Assembly (NCBI GenBank): GCA_947085095.1
Contig: CAMTVD010000006.1
Span: 20,911-84,910 of the forward strand
Length of the DNA: 64,000 nucleotides
Direction of reading: 5' to 3'
Source: an uncultured Thermus sp.
GTDB lineage: Bacteria > Deinococcota > Deinococci > Deinococcales > Thermaceae
Shown here: positions 34,584-46,674 of the stretch, piece after piece
Numbering within the stretch: position 1 is the first letter of the stretch
How the letters are laid out: each line of letters starts with the position of its first letter
Made by a program: the position numbers and the translations under genes
The notes under the pieces: model-generated
Database searches by the model: none
Seen by the model: only the letters and a program-made list of their open reading frames with translations
Told to the model about the DNA's origin: nothing

Positions 34584-35147
34584 CTACCACAAAGAGGGGA
34601 GGTGAAGGCGGAAGCCCGGAAGCTCCGGCTCCAGGGAAACGGTCTCCACCCCCTGGAAGCGAAGGGGCTCCTCTTGGGGGCGAAAGACCTCCACCGCCCG
34701 GGCGTAGGGGTCCACCAGAACCCCAAGCCGTACCCCATTCCTCAGGTAAAGGACCATCTTGGACCTGAGCTCCTCTAGGGCTTGGGAGGCTGAGCGAATC
34801 TCAAACACCGCCTCGGGAGCGATGGGGGGAAAACCCTCCCTTTCGGCCTCGGAAAGGGCCTCCCACACGGCCCGCTCCACGAAAGCGGCGTCGGGGGAAA
34901 GGATGGAACCATCCGGAAAACGGAAGCCCGTGGAGGAGTCAAACACCACTCCAAGGCCCTTCTCTTCGTTCCAACGAGCCAACTGATAAGCCAGCTGTAG
35001 GCTCCTCCGGCCGCTTTCTCCTCCTGTGGGGCTCACCCAAAGCCTCCCTTCCGGCGAACGCTCCAGCTGGTACCCGGGATTGAGCTCGGAAAGGCGGCGG
35101 AGTTCCGCCTCGGTGATGGGGTGCGCCAGGTCTAAGACCAGGGCCAT
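34584..35147 (-). CDS. Uma2 (DUF820) family endonuclease
   Basis: Motifs ELNPGYQLERSPEGRLWVSP and PDAAFV...APEAVFEIRS (PD-(D/E)xK-like). An alternative start is at 35159. Confidence 0.8.
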   Translation of the reverse strand: MALVLDLAHPITEAELRRLSELNPGYQLERSPEGRLWVSPTGGESGRRSLQLAYQLARWNEEKGLGVVFDSSTGFRFPDGSILSPDAAFVERAVWEALSEAEREGFPPIAPEAVFEIRSASQALEELRSKMVLYLRNGVRLGVLVDPYARAVEVFRPQEEPLRFQGVETVSLEPELPGFRLHLPSLW

Positions 35148-35217
35148 GCCTGTCCCCATTGTGGCACAGAGGGGCTTAGAATGGGGAGAAGGGGCTAAGG
35201 GCCCGCTTAGGAGGCGC

Positions 35218-35907
35218 ATGGAAAAGCTCTACGAGGGCAAAGCCAAGATCCTCTACCCCGAGGGGGAAAACCTGAGGGTCTACTTCAAGGACGAGGCCAC
35301 CGCCTTCAACGCGCAAAAGAGGGGCCTGATCCCCGGCAAGGGAGTGGTGAACAACAAGGTCTCCGCCTTTCTCTTCCGCTACCTGGAAGGCCACGGCATA
35401 AAGACCCACTTCCTCAAGGAGCTCTCCGACCGGGAGATGCTGGTGAGGCGGGTGGAGATCCTCCCCTTAGAGGTGATCCTCCGCTACCGGGCGGCGGGGA
35501 GTTTCGCCAAGCGCTACGGGATAGGGGAAGGCACCCCCTTCAAAACCCCTCTGGTGGAGTTCTCCCTCAAGAACGACGCCCTGGGGGACCCCCTTATCTG
35601 CGAGAACGCCATCCTGGCCTTAGGGCTTGCGGAAGAGGGCGAGCTGGAAAGGGTCAAGGCCACCGCCTTAAGGGTGGGGGAGCTTCTTAGGGGCTTCTTC
35701 GCCCAAAGGGGCCTGGACCTCTGGGACTTTAAGCTGGAGTTCGGGCGCCACGGGAGCGAGATCCTCCTGGCCGACGAGATCAGCCCCGACACCATGCGGC
35801 TAAGGGACGAGAGGGGCGAGCCCATGGACAAGGACCGCTTCCGCCGGGACCTGGGCGGCGTGGAGGAGGCCTACCAGGAGGTCCTAAGGCGCGTTTTGGG
35901 GGAGTGA
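35218..35907 (+). CDS. purC: SAICAR synthetase
   Basis: N-terminus MEKLYEGKAKILY and motif LPLEVILRY. 229 aa. Confidence 0.95.
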   Translation: MEKLYEGKAKILYPEGENLRVYFKDEATAFNAQKRGLIPGKGVVNNKVSAFLFRYLEGHGIKTHFLKELSDREMLVRRVEILPLEVILRYRAAGSFAKRYGIGEGTPFKTPLVEFSLKNDALGDPLICENAILALGLAEEGELERVKATALRVGELLRGFFAQRGLDLWDFKLEFGRHGSEILLADEISPDTMRLRDERGEPMDKDRFRRDLGGVEEAYQEVLRRVLGE

Positions 35908-36164
35908 ACATGCGGAGATACCAGGCCACCCTGCTCATAGAACTCAAGGAGGGCATCCTGGATCCCCAGGGCCGGGCGGTGGAGGGGGTCCTGAAGGACC
36001 TTGGGCACCCGGTGGAGAGCGTGCGGGTGGGGAAGGTGCTGGAGATCGTCTTCCCCGCGGAAACCCTTTTGCAGGCCGAGGAGAAGGCCAAGGAGCTGGG
36101 CCAGATCCTGGCCAACCCGGTGATGGAAACCTGGACCCTCGAGGCCCTGAAGGAAGTGCCATGA
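35904..36164 (+). CDS. purS: FGAM synthase subunit PurS
   Basis: Motif GILDPQGRAVEGVLKDLG. About 84 aa. The start is GTG at 35904 or ATG at 35910. Confidence 0.9.
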   Translation: MNMRRYQATLLIELKEGILDPQGRAVEGVLKDLGHPVESVRVGKVLEIVFPAETLLQAEEKAKELGQILANPVMETWTLEALKEVP

Positions 36165-36844
36165 AGTGGGCCATTATCCGCTTTCCCGGCTCCAACTGCG
36201 ACGAGGACGCCCGCTTCGCCCTCAAGAAGGCGGGGATGGAGGCCGAGTTCGTCTGGCACACGGAAAGGGAGCTGAAGGGGTTTGACGGGGTCTTCCTCCC
36301 CGGGGGGTTCAGCTACGGGGACTACCTGAGGGCCGGGGCCCTGGCCGCCAAGAGCCCGGTGATGGAGGCGGTGCGCCACTTCGCCCAGGAAGGGCGGTAC
36401 GTGATCGGGGTCTGCAACGGCTTCCAGGTCCTCACCGAGGCGGGGATCCTCCCGGGGGCCCTCCTCGCCAACCTCAACCTCCACTTCACCTGCAAGGAGG
36501 TGGGGGTGCGGGTGGAGCGGGTGGACCTCCCCTTCACCCGGCTCTACCGGAAGGGCCAGGTCCTGAAGCTTCCCATCGCCCACGCCGAAGGCCGGTACTA
36601 CGCCGACGAGGACACCCTGGCCAGGCTGGAGGGGGAGGGCCGGGTGGTCTTCCGCTACGCCCCGCTAAAGGGGGAAGGGGACTACAACCCCAACGGAAGC
36701 CTCAACGACATCGCCGGCATCGTCAACGAGAAGGGCAACGTCCTGGGCATGATGCCCCATCCCGAGCGGGCCGTGGACGAAATCCTGGGCAACACGGACG
36801 GGCTTCCCTTCTTCCTGGGAATGGTCAAGGAGGTCGCACGATGA
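36161..36844 (+). CDS. purQ: FGAM synthase glutaminase subunit PurQ
   Basis: Motifs FPGSNCDED, GVCNGFQ (catalytic Cys) and MPHPER. Confidence 0.95.
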   Translation: MKWAIIRFPGSNCDEDARFALKKAGMEAEFVWHTERELKGFDGVFLPGGFSYGDYLRAGALAAKSPVMEAVRHFAQEGRYVIGVCNGFQVLTEAGILPGALLANLNLHFTCKEVGVRVERVDLPFTRLYRKGQVLKLPIAHAEGRYYADEDTLARLEGEGRVVFRYAPLKGEGDYNPNGSLNDIAGIVNEKGNVLGMMPHPERAVDEILGNTDGLPFFLGMVKEVAR

Positions 36845-37554
36845 AACCCAAAGCCATCACCTTTGACTTCTGGGGCACCCTCTTCACCGAGGGTAGGGCG
36901 TTCATGGAAAAGGTCATGCCCGCCCGGTACGAGATCCTCTTGGACGCCCTTTCCGAAGCGGGCCACCCCGCCGAGGAGGCCGAGGTGCGGGAGGCCTACC
37001 GCCAGGCGGCCTTGGCCTTTGAGGAGGCCTGGAGGGCGGGGGAGCACATGAGCGTTTACGACCGGGTGGTCCGCATCTTCGCCCTCCTGGGGGCCCCCCA
37101 TGATCCCGGCCTCGTGGCCCTCACGGCCAGGAGGCTGGAGGAGACCTCTTTGCTGGTGGACCTCGAGGCCCTCCCCGGGGTGGAGGTCCTGAAGGACCTG
37201 GCCAAGAAATACCCCCTGGCCCTGGTTTCCGATACGGGCATGACCCCGGGCCGCCTCGTCCGGGAGCACCTGAGGCGGCGGGGCCTGGACCTCTTCCAGG
37301 CCTACAGCTTCTCCGACGAGACGGGCTTCGTGAAGCCCAGGCCCGAGGCCTTCCTCAGGGCCTTGGAGGCCCTGGGCGTGCCCCCGGAGGAGGCCCTCCA
37401 CGTGGGAGACCTGCCCCAGACGGACATCAAGGGGGCCTTCGGGACGGGCTACCCCTGGGCGGTGCAGTACGTGGGCCTGAGGGAGGTGAACGGGGAGGTG
37501 GAGCCCACGGCCAAGGTGAAGGACCACCGGGAACTCCTTTCCCTCCTCACGTGA
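36841..37554 (+). CDS. HAD hydrolase (haloacid-dehalogenase-like motif I DxWGTL) embedded in the pur operon
   Basis: Motifs ITFDFWGTLF, VSDTG, KPRPEAF and HVGD. It has ATGA/TGATG-type overlaps on both sides. Confidence 0.75.
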   Translation: MKPKAITFDFWGTLFTEGRAFMEKVMPARYEILLDALSEAGHPAEEAEVREAYRQAALAFEEAWRAGEHMSVYDRVVRIFALLGAPHDPGLVALTARRLEETSLLVDLEALPGVEVLKDLAKKYPLALVSDTGMTPGRLVREHLRRRGLDLFQAYSFSDETGFVKPRPEAFLRALEALGVPPEEALHVGDLPQTDIKGAFGTGYPWAVQYVGLREVNGEVEPTAKVKDHRELLSLLT

Positions 37555-39731
37555 TGGAAACCTTAGCCCAGGAGATCGGCATCCCCGAGGGGGAGTACCA
37601 GGAAATCCTGAAACGGCTGGGCCGGGCGCCCAACCGGGTGGAACTCCTCCTCTTCAAGGTGATGTGGAGCGAGCACTGCGCCTACAAGAACTCCCGCCCC
37701 CTCCTCAAGGAGCTTCCCAAGGAGGGGGAGGCGGTTTTGCAGGGCCCTGGGGAGAACGCGGGCGTGGTGCGGATTGGGGAAGGGTGGGCCGTGGCCTTCA
37801 AGATAGAAAGCCACAACCACCCCTCGGCGGTGGAGCCCTTCCAGGGGGCGGCCACCGGGGTGGGGGGGATCATCCGGGACATCATGAGCATGGGAGCGAG
37901 GCCCATCGCCCTCCTGGACTCCCTGCGCTTTGGCCCGCCCGATAGCCCCAGAAACCGCTACCTCCTCAAGGGGGTGGTCTCCGGCATCGCCTTCTACGGC
38001 AACGCCATCGGGGTGCCCACGGTGGGGGGGGACCTCTACTTCCACGAGGGCTACGGGGAAAATCCCCTGGTGAACGCCATGTGCCTGGGCCTTTTACGGG
38101 AGGAGAACCTCAAGCGGAGCCGGGCTTCCTTGGGCCGGCCCATCTACTACGCCGGGGCCAAGACGGGCCGGGACGGGATCGGGGGGGCGGCCTTCGCCAG
38201 CCGGGAGCTCAAGGAGGAGAAGGAGGAGGACCGCCCGGCGGTGCAGGTGGGGGACCCCTTCCTGGGCAAGCTCCTCCTGGAGGCCACCCTCGAGGCCATA
38301 GAAAAGGACCTGGTGGAGGGGGTCCAGGACATGGGGGCGGCGGGGCTCACCAGTAGCCTCGCCGAGCTCGCCCACAAGTCGGGCCTGGGGGTGGAGCTGG
38401 AGCTGGACCGGGTCCCCACCCGGGAAACGGGCATGGCCCCCGAGGAGCTCCTCCTTTCCGAAAGCCAGGAGCGCATGGTCCTGGTGCCCCGGGAAGGGAA
38501 GGAAGCCGAGCTGGAGGCGATCTTCCGGAGGTGGGGCCTGGACTGCGTCCCCGTGGCCAGGACCATCCCGGAAAGGGTCTTCCGGGTCCTCTTCGGGGGC
38601 CAGGTGGTGGCCGAGGTGCCCACGGAGGCCCTGGCCGAAGCCCCCCTTTACGTGCGCCTGGCCCAGGAGGACCCGAAAATAAAGGCCCTTCGGGAAACCC
38701 CCCTCCCCCCCCTGGAGGTGGACCCGAAGGAGGCCCTTTTAAGGCTCCTCGCCTCCCCCAACCTCGCAAGCCGGGAGGCCGTTTACGAGCGGTACGACCA
38801 CCAGGTGGGGACCCGCACCGCCCTGGTCCCGGGGAAGGGGGACGCCGCCGTCCTCTGGGTGAAGGGCACTCCCTTGGGCATCGCCGCCAAGGTGGACCAG
38901 AACCCCCGCTATAGCCGCCTCCACCCCCGGCTTGGGGCCATGCACGCCCTGGCGGAGGCGGCCAGGAACGTGAGCGTGGTGGGGGCGAGGCCCCTCGCCT
39001 ACACCGACGGCCTCAACCTGGGAAGCCCCGAGACCCCCGAGGGCTACCACGAGCTCCAGGAGACCATCCTGGGCCTGAAGGAGGCCAGCCTTGCCCTGGG
39101 GATCCCCGTGGTCTCCGGGAACGTCTCCCTCTATAACGAGGCCATGGGGAAGCGCATCCCCCCCACGGCCATGGTGGGGGTGGTGGGGGTCCTGGACGTG
39201 AGGAAGCGGGCGGAGATGGGCTTCAGGCACCCCGGGGAGGTGATCCTCCTCATCGGGGAGGAAAGGGGCCATTTCGGGGGGAGCGAGGCCCTCTACGTCC
39301 TCCTGGGCCTCGAGGCGGGAAGCCCCCCACCCATAGACTGGGAGCGGGAAAGGAAAGCCCAGGAGGCCATCCGCAAGCTCATCGGAGAGGGCCTGGTGAA
39401 GACCGCCCACGACGTGGCGGAAGGGGGGCTTCTCGTGGCCCTGGCGGAGATGACCTTCCCCTACGGGATGGGGGCCACGGTGGAGATTAGGGAAAGGGGC
39501 CTACAGGCCCTCTTCGGTGAGGCCCCCAGCCGCATCCTCTTCACCGTGGACAAAGGGCACCTCCTGGAGGCCACCCGGCTTCTGGAAGGGGCGGGCCTCC
39601 CCTACCGCATCCTGGGGGAGACGGGGGGGAAGACCCTCACGGTCCTCACCCCGGAGGGGGTGGTAGAGTGGGAGGTGGACGAGCTTCTCTCGGCCTGGAA
39701 GGCTCCTTTGCGGGAGGTGCTGGATGGATAA
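37551..39731 (+). CDS. purL: FGAM synthase subunit PurL
   Basis: Motifs WSEHCAYK and ESHNHPS. 726 aa. The start is GTG at 37551 or ATG at 37554. Confidence 0.95.
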   Translation: MMETLAQEIGIPEGEYQEILKRLGRAPNRVELLLFKVMWSEHCAYKNSRPLLKELPKEGEAVLQGPGENAGVVRIGEGWAVAFKIESHNHPSAVEPFQGAATGVGGIIRDIMSMGARPIALLDSLRFGPPDSPRNRYLLKGVVSGIAFYGNAIGVPTVGGDLYFHEGYGENPLVNAMCLGLLREENLKRSRASLGRPIYYAGAKTGRDGIGGAAFASRELKEEKEEDRPAVQVGDPFLGKLLLEATLEAIEKDLVEGVQDMGAAGLTSSLAELAHKSGLGVELELDRVPTRETGMAPEELLLSESQERMVLVPREGKEAELEAIFRRWGLDCVPVARTIPERVFRVLFGGQVVAEVPTEALAEAPLYVRLAQEDPKIKALRETPLPPLEVDPKEALLRLLASPNLASREAVYERYDHQVGTRTALVPGKGDAAVLWVKGTPLGIAAKVDQNPRYSRLHPRLGAMHALAEAARNVSVVGARPLAYTDGLNLGSPETPEGYHELQETILGLKEASLALGIPVVSGNVSLYNEAMGKRIPPTAMVGVVGVLDVRKRAEMGFRHPGEVILLIGEERGHFGGSEALYVLLGLEAGSPPPIDWERERKAQEAIRKLIGEGLVKTAHDVAEGGLLVALAEMTFPYGMGATVEIRERGLQALFGEAPSRILFTVDKGHLLEATRLLEGAGLPYRILGETGGKTLTVLTPEGVVEWEVDELLSAWKAPLREVLDG

Positions 39732-41111
39732 GCCACAGGAGGAGTGCGGCGTCCTGGGCCTTTGGGCGGAAACCCCTCTGGACGTGGCGGGGTTGCTCCA
39801 CCTGGGCCTCCTCGCCCTCCAGCACCGGGGGCAGGAGGCCGCAGGGATGGCGGTCTCCGACGGGCAGGAGTTCCTGGCGGAGAAGGACCTGGGCCTGGTG
39901 AACCAGGTCTTCACCGAGGAGCGCCTTCTCCGGCTCCGCCTCCCCGGGGGCCGAATGGGCATCGCCCACACCCGCTACTCCACCACGGGCTCCAACCTCC
40001 GCTTCAACGCCCAGCCCCTCACCGCCAGGACCGCCCACGGGGTCCTGGCCATCGCCCACAACGGGAACTTCGTGAACGCCAAGCCCCTCCGCGACCGCCT
40101 CCTGAAGGAGGGGGCCACCTTCCAAAGCACCACGGACACCGAGGTCATGCTCCTCCTCCTGGCCCGCCTGGCCCACCTCCCCCTGCCCCAGGCGGCGACG
40201 GAGGCCATGAGGGCCCTCGAGGGGGGGTATTCCATCCTCCTCATGGACCGGAAAACCCTCCTCGCCCTCCGCGACCCCCACGGGGTGCGCCCCCTGGTCA
40301 TCGGCAAGGCCCCCTGGGGCTACGCCTTCGCCTCCGAGGCCCCGGCCTTGGAGCTTTTGGGGGCCACCTACCTGCGGGACGTCCGCCCCGGGGAGGTGGT
40401 CTGGGTGGAGGAGGGGGAGCTAAGAAGCCTCCAGGTCCTCCCCCCAAGCCCCACCCCCTGCGCCTTTGAGTGGATCTACTTCGCCCGGCCGGATAGCCTC
40501 CTGGACGGGGTGGAGGCCTACCAGGCCCGGGTCCGCATGGGGGAGGAGCTCTTCCGGGAGGCCCCGGCGGAGGCGGACATCGTGGTCCCGGTGCCTGACT
40601 CCGGCATGGGGGCCGCCGTGGGCTACGCCCGGGCAAGTGGCCTCCCCCTGGAGTACGGGCTCTACAAGAACCCCTACGCCGGGCGCACCTTCATCCAGCC
40701 CACCCAGGAGCTCAGGGACCTGAAGACCCGCCTCAAGCTCGCCCCCACCTCGGCCGTCAAGGGCAGGCGGGTGGTCCTCATTGACGACTCCATCGTGCGG
40801 GGCACCACCAGCAAGCGCATCGTGGGGATGCTGAAGGAGGCGGGGGCCAAGGAGGTCCACTTCCGCGTTTCTAGTCCCCCCATCCGCTTCCCCTGCTACT
40901 ACGGCATAGACACCGCCGCCAGAAAGGAGCTCATCGCCGCGGAAAAGAGCGTGGAGGAGATAAGGGCCTATATCGGGGCCGACTCCCTGGCCTTCCTCTC
41001 CGAGGAGGGGGTGCGGCGGGCCATCGGGGGGCCGGTGTGCCTGGCCTGCTTCAACGGCCGCTACCCCGCCGGGGTGCCTGAGGCAGGGGAGAAGCTCGCC
41101 CTGGAACTGGG

Positions 41112-41115
<4 letters not shown>
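39724..41115 (+). CDS. purF: Amidophosphoribosyltransferase
   Basis: A short propeptide is followed by the catalytic CGVLGL. A PRT motif VLIDDSIVRGTT and C-terminal Fe-S cysteines are present. Confidence 0.95.
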
Positions 41116-43041
<1,926 letters not shown>

Positions 43042-43045
<4 letters not shown>

Positions 43046-43284
43046 TCCAGGCCCCACGCCCATGAAGGCCGCGATCTCCTCCGGGGCGGCCTCAGCGGCC
43101 TTGCGAAACTCCTCCAGCCTTTCCTCGCTGTAAACCTCGTAAGAAAGGAGAAGGGCCGGTTCCAGCACAAGCCTACCCTCTTCCACCTTAGGAGGAGGAC
43201 ATCCCCGGGCCTTAGGCCCAGCTTTTCCCGGACCTCCTTGGGCAAAGTGATCTGGCCCCGGCGGGAGAGGGAAAGGGGCCTCAG
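43042..43284 (-). pseudogene. AbrB/SpoVT-type antitoxin, apparently with two frameshifts
   Basis: RGQITLPKEVREKLGLRPGDVLLL is in frame A. KVEEGRLVLEP...EEFRKAAEAAPEEIAAF is in frame B. The stop that overlaps the toxin GTG (GTGA) is back in frame A. The only N-terminal start candidate is the CTG at 43284. Confidence 0.5.
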
Positions 43285-43331
43285 TATAGCGGAAAATCCG
43301 CATACCCTAAGGCAAGCGGGAAGGCCCTACA

Positions 43332-44903
43332 ATGAGGGGGATGCTGCAGCGCCTCGAGGTGCAAAACCTCGCCGTCATCCGCGAGGCGGTGCTGGAGCTT
43401 TCCCCGGGCCTCAACGTCCTCACCGGGGAGACGGGGGCGGGAAAGAGCCTCCTGGTGGACGCCCTGGCCCTCCTCCTCGGGGCCAAGGCGGAGGGGATGG
43501 TGGGCCCTTTTGGGGATAGCCTCCTGGTCACCGCCTTCTTCCAGGGCCAGGAGCATAGGGTCCTCTCCCGAAGGGTGGGAGCTCGCTCCACCCCCCGGAT
43601 TGACGGGGAGGTGGTGAGCCTGAAGGAGCTGGAAGCCGAGGCGGAAAGGTGGCTCTCCCTCCACGCCCAGCACACCGCCTTGGCCCTCCTCTCCCCTAAG
43701 CGGCAGCGGGAGCTCCTGGACGCCCTGCTGAGCCCCGCCCTCCTTTCCAGCTACGGGGCGCTTTACGCCCGCAAGCAGGCCCTTCTCTCGGAGAAGCGGG
43801 CCCTCGAGGCGGCCCTTAGGGAAAAAAGGGCCCGGGAAGACCTCCTCCGCTTCCAGCTCAAGGAGATCGCCGAGGCCCGGATCCGGCTGGGGGAGGACCT
43901 GGAACTTTCGGAGGAGGCCAAGAAGCTCCGCCACCTGGAGGTTCTGAGGGAGCGGGCGGGAAGGGCCCACGCCCTCTTGGAGGAGGAGGCCCTCGAGGCC
44001 CTGGAGGCCGTCTTCCGGGAGCTTAGGGCCGGGGCCCGGTACGACCGGACCCTGGAGGCTTTGGCGGGGGACCTGGAGGCCGCCCTGGAAGGGGTGCGGG
44101 CGGTGGCCCAGGAGCTTTCCGGGTACCTGGAGGGCCTCGAGGGGGACCCGGAGCGCCTCGCCCAGCTGGAGGAAAGGCTTGCCCTTTTGGAGCGTCTCCA
44201 GCGCAAGTACGGCCCCACCCTGGAGGAGGTCCTGGCCTACGGGGAGAGGGCCAAGGAAGAGCTCGTCCGGCTGGAAGGGGGGGAGGCCCGGCTCGCCGAG
44301 GTGGAGAAGGAGCTGGAAGAGGTCATGAAGGCGCTCCTAAAGGCCGGGGAGGCCCTAAGCGAGGCCCGGGAAGAGGCGGCCAAGAGACTTATGGCGGGCA
44401 TGGAGGAGGAGCTAAGGGAGCTTGGCTTCCCCAAGGCCCGTTTCCTGGTGGACCTGAAGCCCCTGCCAGAGCCCGGGCCCTTTGGCCTGGAGGAGGTGGC
44501 CTTCCGCTTCTCCGCCAACCCCCACCTCCCCCCGGCCCCCCTGGGGGCGATGAGCGGCGGGGAACTCTCCCGCATCGCCCTGGCCTTGGCCCTCCTCACC
44601 GGGGCCGAGGCCCCCACCGTGGTCTTTGACGAGGTGGACACGGGACTCGGGGGAGAGACCGCCTGGAAGGTGGCGGAGCGCCTGGCCCGCCTGGGGGAGA
44701 CCCGGCAGGTCCTGGTGGTGACCCACCTGCCCCAGATCGCCGCCAGAGCCCACCGCCACCTGCGGGTGGCCAAGGAGGGGGAGGAGGTGCGCCTAGAGGT
44801 CCTGGAGGGAGAGGAACGGGTGCGGGAACTCGCCCGCCTCCTCTCCGGCCAGTACACGGAAGCCGCCCTCTCCCACGCCAGGCTTCTCCTAAAGACCCCA
44901 TGA
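43332..44903 (+). CDS. recN: DNA repair protein RecN
   Basis: Motifs L.V.NLAVI and LTGETGAGKS, a long coiled coil and a C-terminal SGGELSRIALAL...VVFDEVD. An alternative start is at 43341 (MLQRLEV). Confidence 0.9.
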   Translation: MRGMLQRLEVQNLAVIREAVLELSPGLNVLTGETGAGKSLLVDALALLLGAKAEGMVGPFGDSLLVTAFFQGQEHRVLSRRVGARSTPRIDGEVVSLKELEAEAERWLSLHAQHTALALLSPKRQRELLDALLSPALLSSYGALYARKQALLSEKRALEAALREKRAREDLLRFQLKEIAEARIRLGEDLELSEEAKKLRHLEVLRERAGRAHALLEEEALEALEAVFRELRAGARYDRTLEALAGDLEAALEGVRAVAQELSGYLEGLEGDPERLAQLEERLALLERLQRKYGPTLEEVLAYGERAKEELVRLEGGEARLAEVEKELEEVMKALLKAGEALSEAREEAAKRLMAGMEEELRELGFPKARFLVDLKPLPEPGPFGLEEVAFRFSANPHLPPAPLGAMSGGELSRIALALALLTGAEAPTVVFDEVDTGLGGETAWKVAERLARLGETRQVLVVTHLPQIAARAHRHLRVAKEGEEVRLEVLEGEERVRELARLLSGQYTEAALSHARLLLKTP

Positions 44904-46057
44904 GCCTCTTGGAGGCCCCCTACCCCGTCATCCTCCTGAAAGGGGAGGAGCGGGTGGCCAATCCCCTGGCCCAGGGCCTGCCCCTGCCCCACGGGGACCT
45001 CCTGGAATGGGAAGGCCGCGCCTACCGGGTGGCCCGCCTGGAAACCCCCGAGGGGACGTACTTGGTCCTTTTGGAGGTGAGCGACCTCCTTGTGCGGGCC
45101 AAGGCCTTTACCGGCCTCCTCCAGGTGCTCAAGGGCCTCATGCAGCACGAGGAGCCGGAAGGGCTTTTGCAGGACCTGATCCGGGAGGCGGTGGCCGTGG
45201 TGCCGGGAGCTGAGGCGGGGAGCGTCCTCCTGCGGGAAGGGGAGTACTTCTACCTGGGGGCCCAGGAAGGCTTTAGCCCCAGTCTCCTGGGGGTCCGCAC
45301 CTCCTTGGAGGAGGAGCTGGCCTGGTACGGCCTGGGGGTGGACAACTGGGCCAAGGGCCGTCCCCGGATCCTCAAGGGGAAGGAGGTGAAAAGGCTCTCC
45401 TCCCTGAGCACGCTGGAGGCCCGCCCCGCCTTCTTTGAGCACGGCCGCCTGCAGGAGATACAGGCCACCTTAGGCCTGCCCATCGCCCTGGAGGGGGAGG
45501 TGCTGGCGGTCATGAACCTGGACAGCTTCCAAAGCCCCGAGGCCTTTGGCCCCCTCTCCCTGGAGCTGGCCCAGGCCTTCGCCCTCGAGGCCGCCCTCCT
45601 CCTCAAGGCCCTAAAAGAACGCCAAGCCCTGCAAGAGGCCGCCCGCACCGATGCCCTCACCGGCCTCCTGAACCGCCGGGCCCTGGAGGAAATCCTGCCG
45701 GAGATCCGTCAGGAGGCCCTGACCCTGGGGGAGCCCCTCACCCTCATCTACTGGGACCTGAACGGCCTCAAGGCCATCAACGACCGGGAAGGCCACGCCG
45801 CCGGGGACCAGGCCCTAAAGAGTCTGGCCCAGGCCCTAAAGCGCCTCTCCCGGCAACGGGACCTGGCCTTCCGCCTGGGGGGAGACGAGTTCGTGAGCCT
45901 GCACCTGGGCCTAGGGGAAGAGGACGCCCGCGCCCTGATCCTGAGGCTCCGGGAAAGCCTGCCCTATGGGGTGGCCGCCGGAAGCCTGGAGGTGGGGGAA
46001 GGAAGCCTGGAAGACCTTCTGGCCGAGGCCGACCGCCGCATGTACCGGGACAAGTAG
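44900..46057 (+). CDS. GAF-domain diguanylate cyclase (GGDEF with intact I-site)
   Basis: Motifs DALTGLLNRR and RQRD-x5-GGDEF. A GAF-like region lies upstream. ATGA overlap with recN. Confidence 0.85.
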   Translation: MSLLEAPYPVILLKGEERVANPLAQGLPLPHGDLLEWEGRAYRVARLETPEGTYLVLLEVSDLLVRAKAFTGLLQVLKGLMQHEEPEGLLQDLIREAVAVVPGAEAGSVLLREGEYFYLGAQEGFSPSLLGVRTSLEEELAWYGLGVDNWAKGRPRILKGKEVKRLSSLSTLEARPAFFEHGRLQEIQATLGLPIALEGEVLAVMNLDSFQSPEAFGPLSLELAQAFALEAALLLKALKERQALQEAARTDALTGLLNRRALEEILPEIRQEALTLGEPLTLIYWDLNGLKAINDREGHAAGDQALKSLAQALKRLSRQRDLAFRLGGDEFVSLHLGLGEEDARALILRLRESLPYGVAAGSLEVGEGSLEDLLAEADRRMYRDK

Positions 46058-46058
46058 C

Positions 46059-46670
46059 CTAAAGCAGGCCCCTAACCCCACTGGCCACGTACTGCACCGC
46101 CAAAGCCGCCAGGAGAACGCCAAGGACCCGGGTCACCACGTTGACCCCCGTGCGCCCCAGGGCCCGGCGCACCCCGGCGGCCGCCCGCAGGAAGAGGTAG
46201 GCCAGGGCCAGGACCAAAAAGGCGGTGAGGAGGACGATTCCCACCCCGAAGGGCACCCGGCCCGCCTCCGCCCCCAGGACCAGGACGCTGGCCAAGGCCC
46301 CGGGACCGGCGATCAGGGGAATGGCCAGGGGAAAGACGGAGATGTCCGCCCGCTCCAGGGCCTCCTTGGCCTCCTCCTCCGTCTCCCGCTGGTGGTGGGC
46401 GAAGACCATCTCGGTGGCGATGCGGAAAAGGAGGATCCCCCCCGCCACCTTTAGTGCGTCCAGGCTGATGCCCAGGTAGGAGAGGAGCTCCCGCCCGAAA
46501 AAGTAAAAGAAGGTGAGGAGCCCCGCCGCCACCAGCACCGCCTTTCTGGCGATGCGGGCCTGCTCCTGGGGAGAGCGCTCCCCGGCCAAGGCCAGGAAGA
46601 CAGGCACCAGCCCCACCGGGTCCATGACCACGAAGAGGGTGAGGAAGGACTTGAGGAAAAACTCCAGCAC
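46059..46670 (-). CDS. MarC family (UPF0056) membrane protein
   Basis: Motif [16 protein letters not shown] and a six-TM pattern. Confidence 0.85.
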   Translation of the reverse strand: MLEFFLKSFLTLFVVMDPVGLVPVFLALAGERSPQEQARIARKAVLVAAGLLTFFYFFGRELLSYLGISLDALKVAGGILLFRIATEMVFAHHQRETEEEAKEALERADISVFPLAIPLIAGPGALASVLVLGAEAGRVPFGVGIVLLTAFLVLALAYLFLRAAAGVRRALGRTGVNVVTRVLGVLLAALAVQYVASGVRGLL

Positions 46671-46674
46671 GGGG

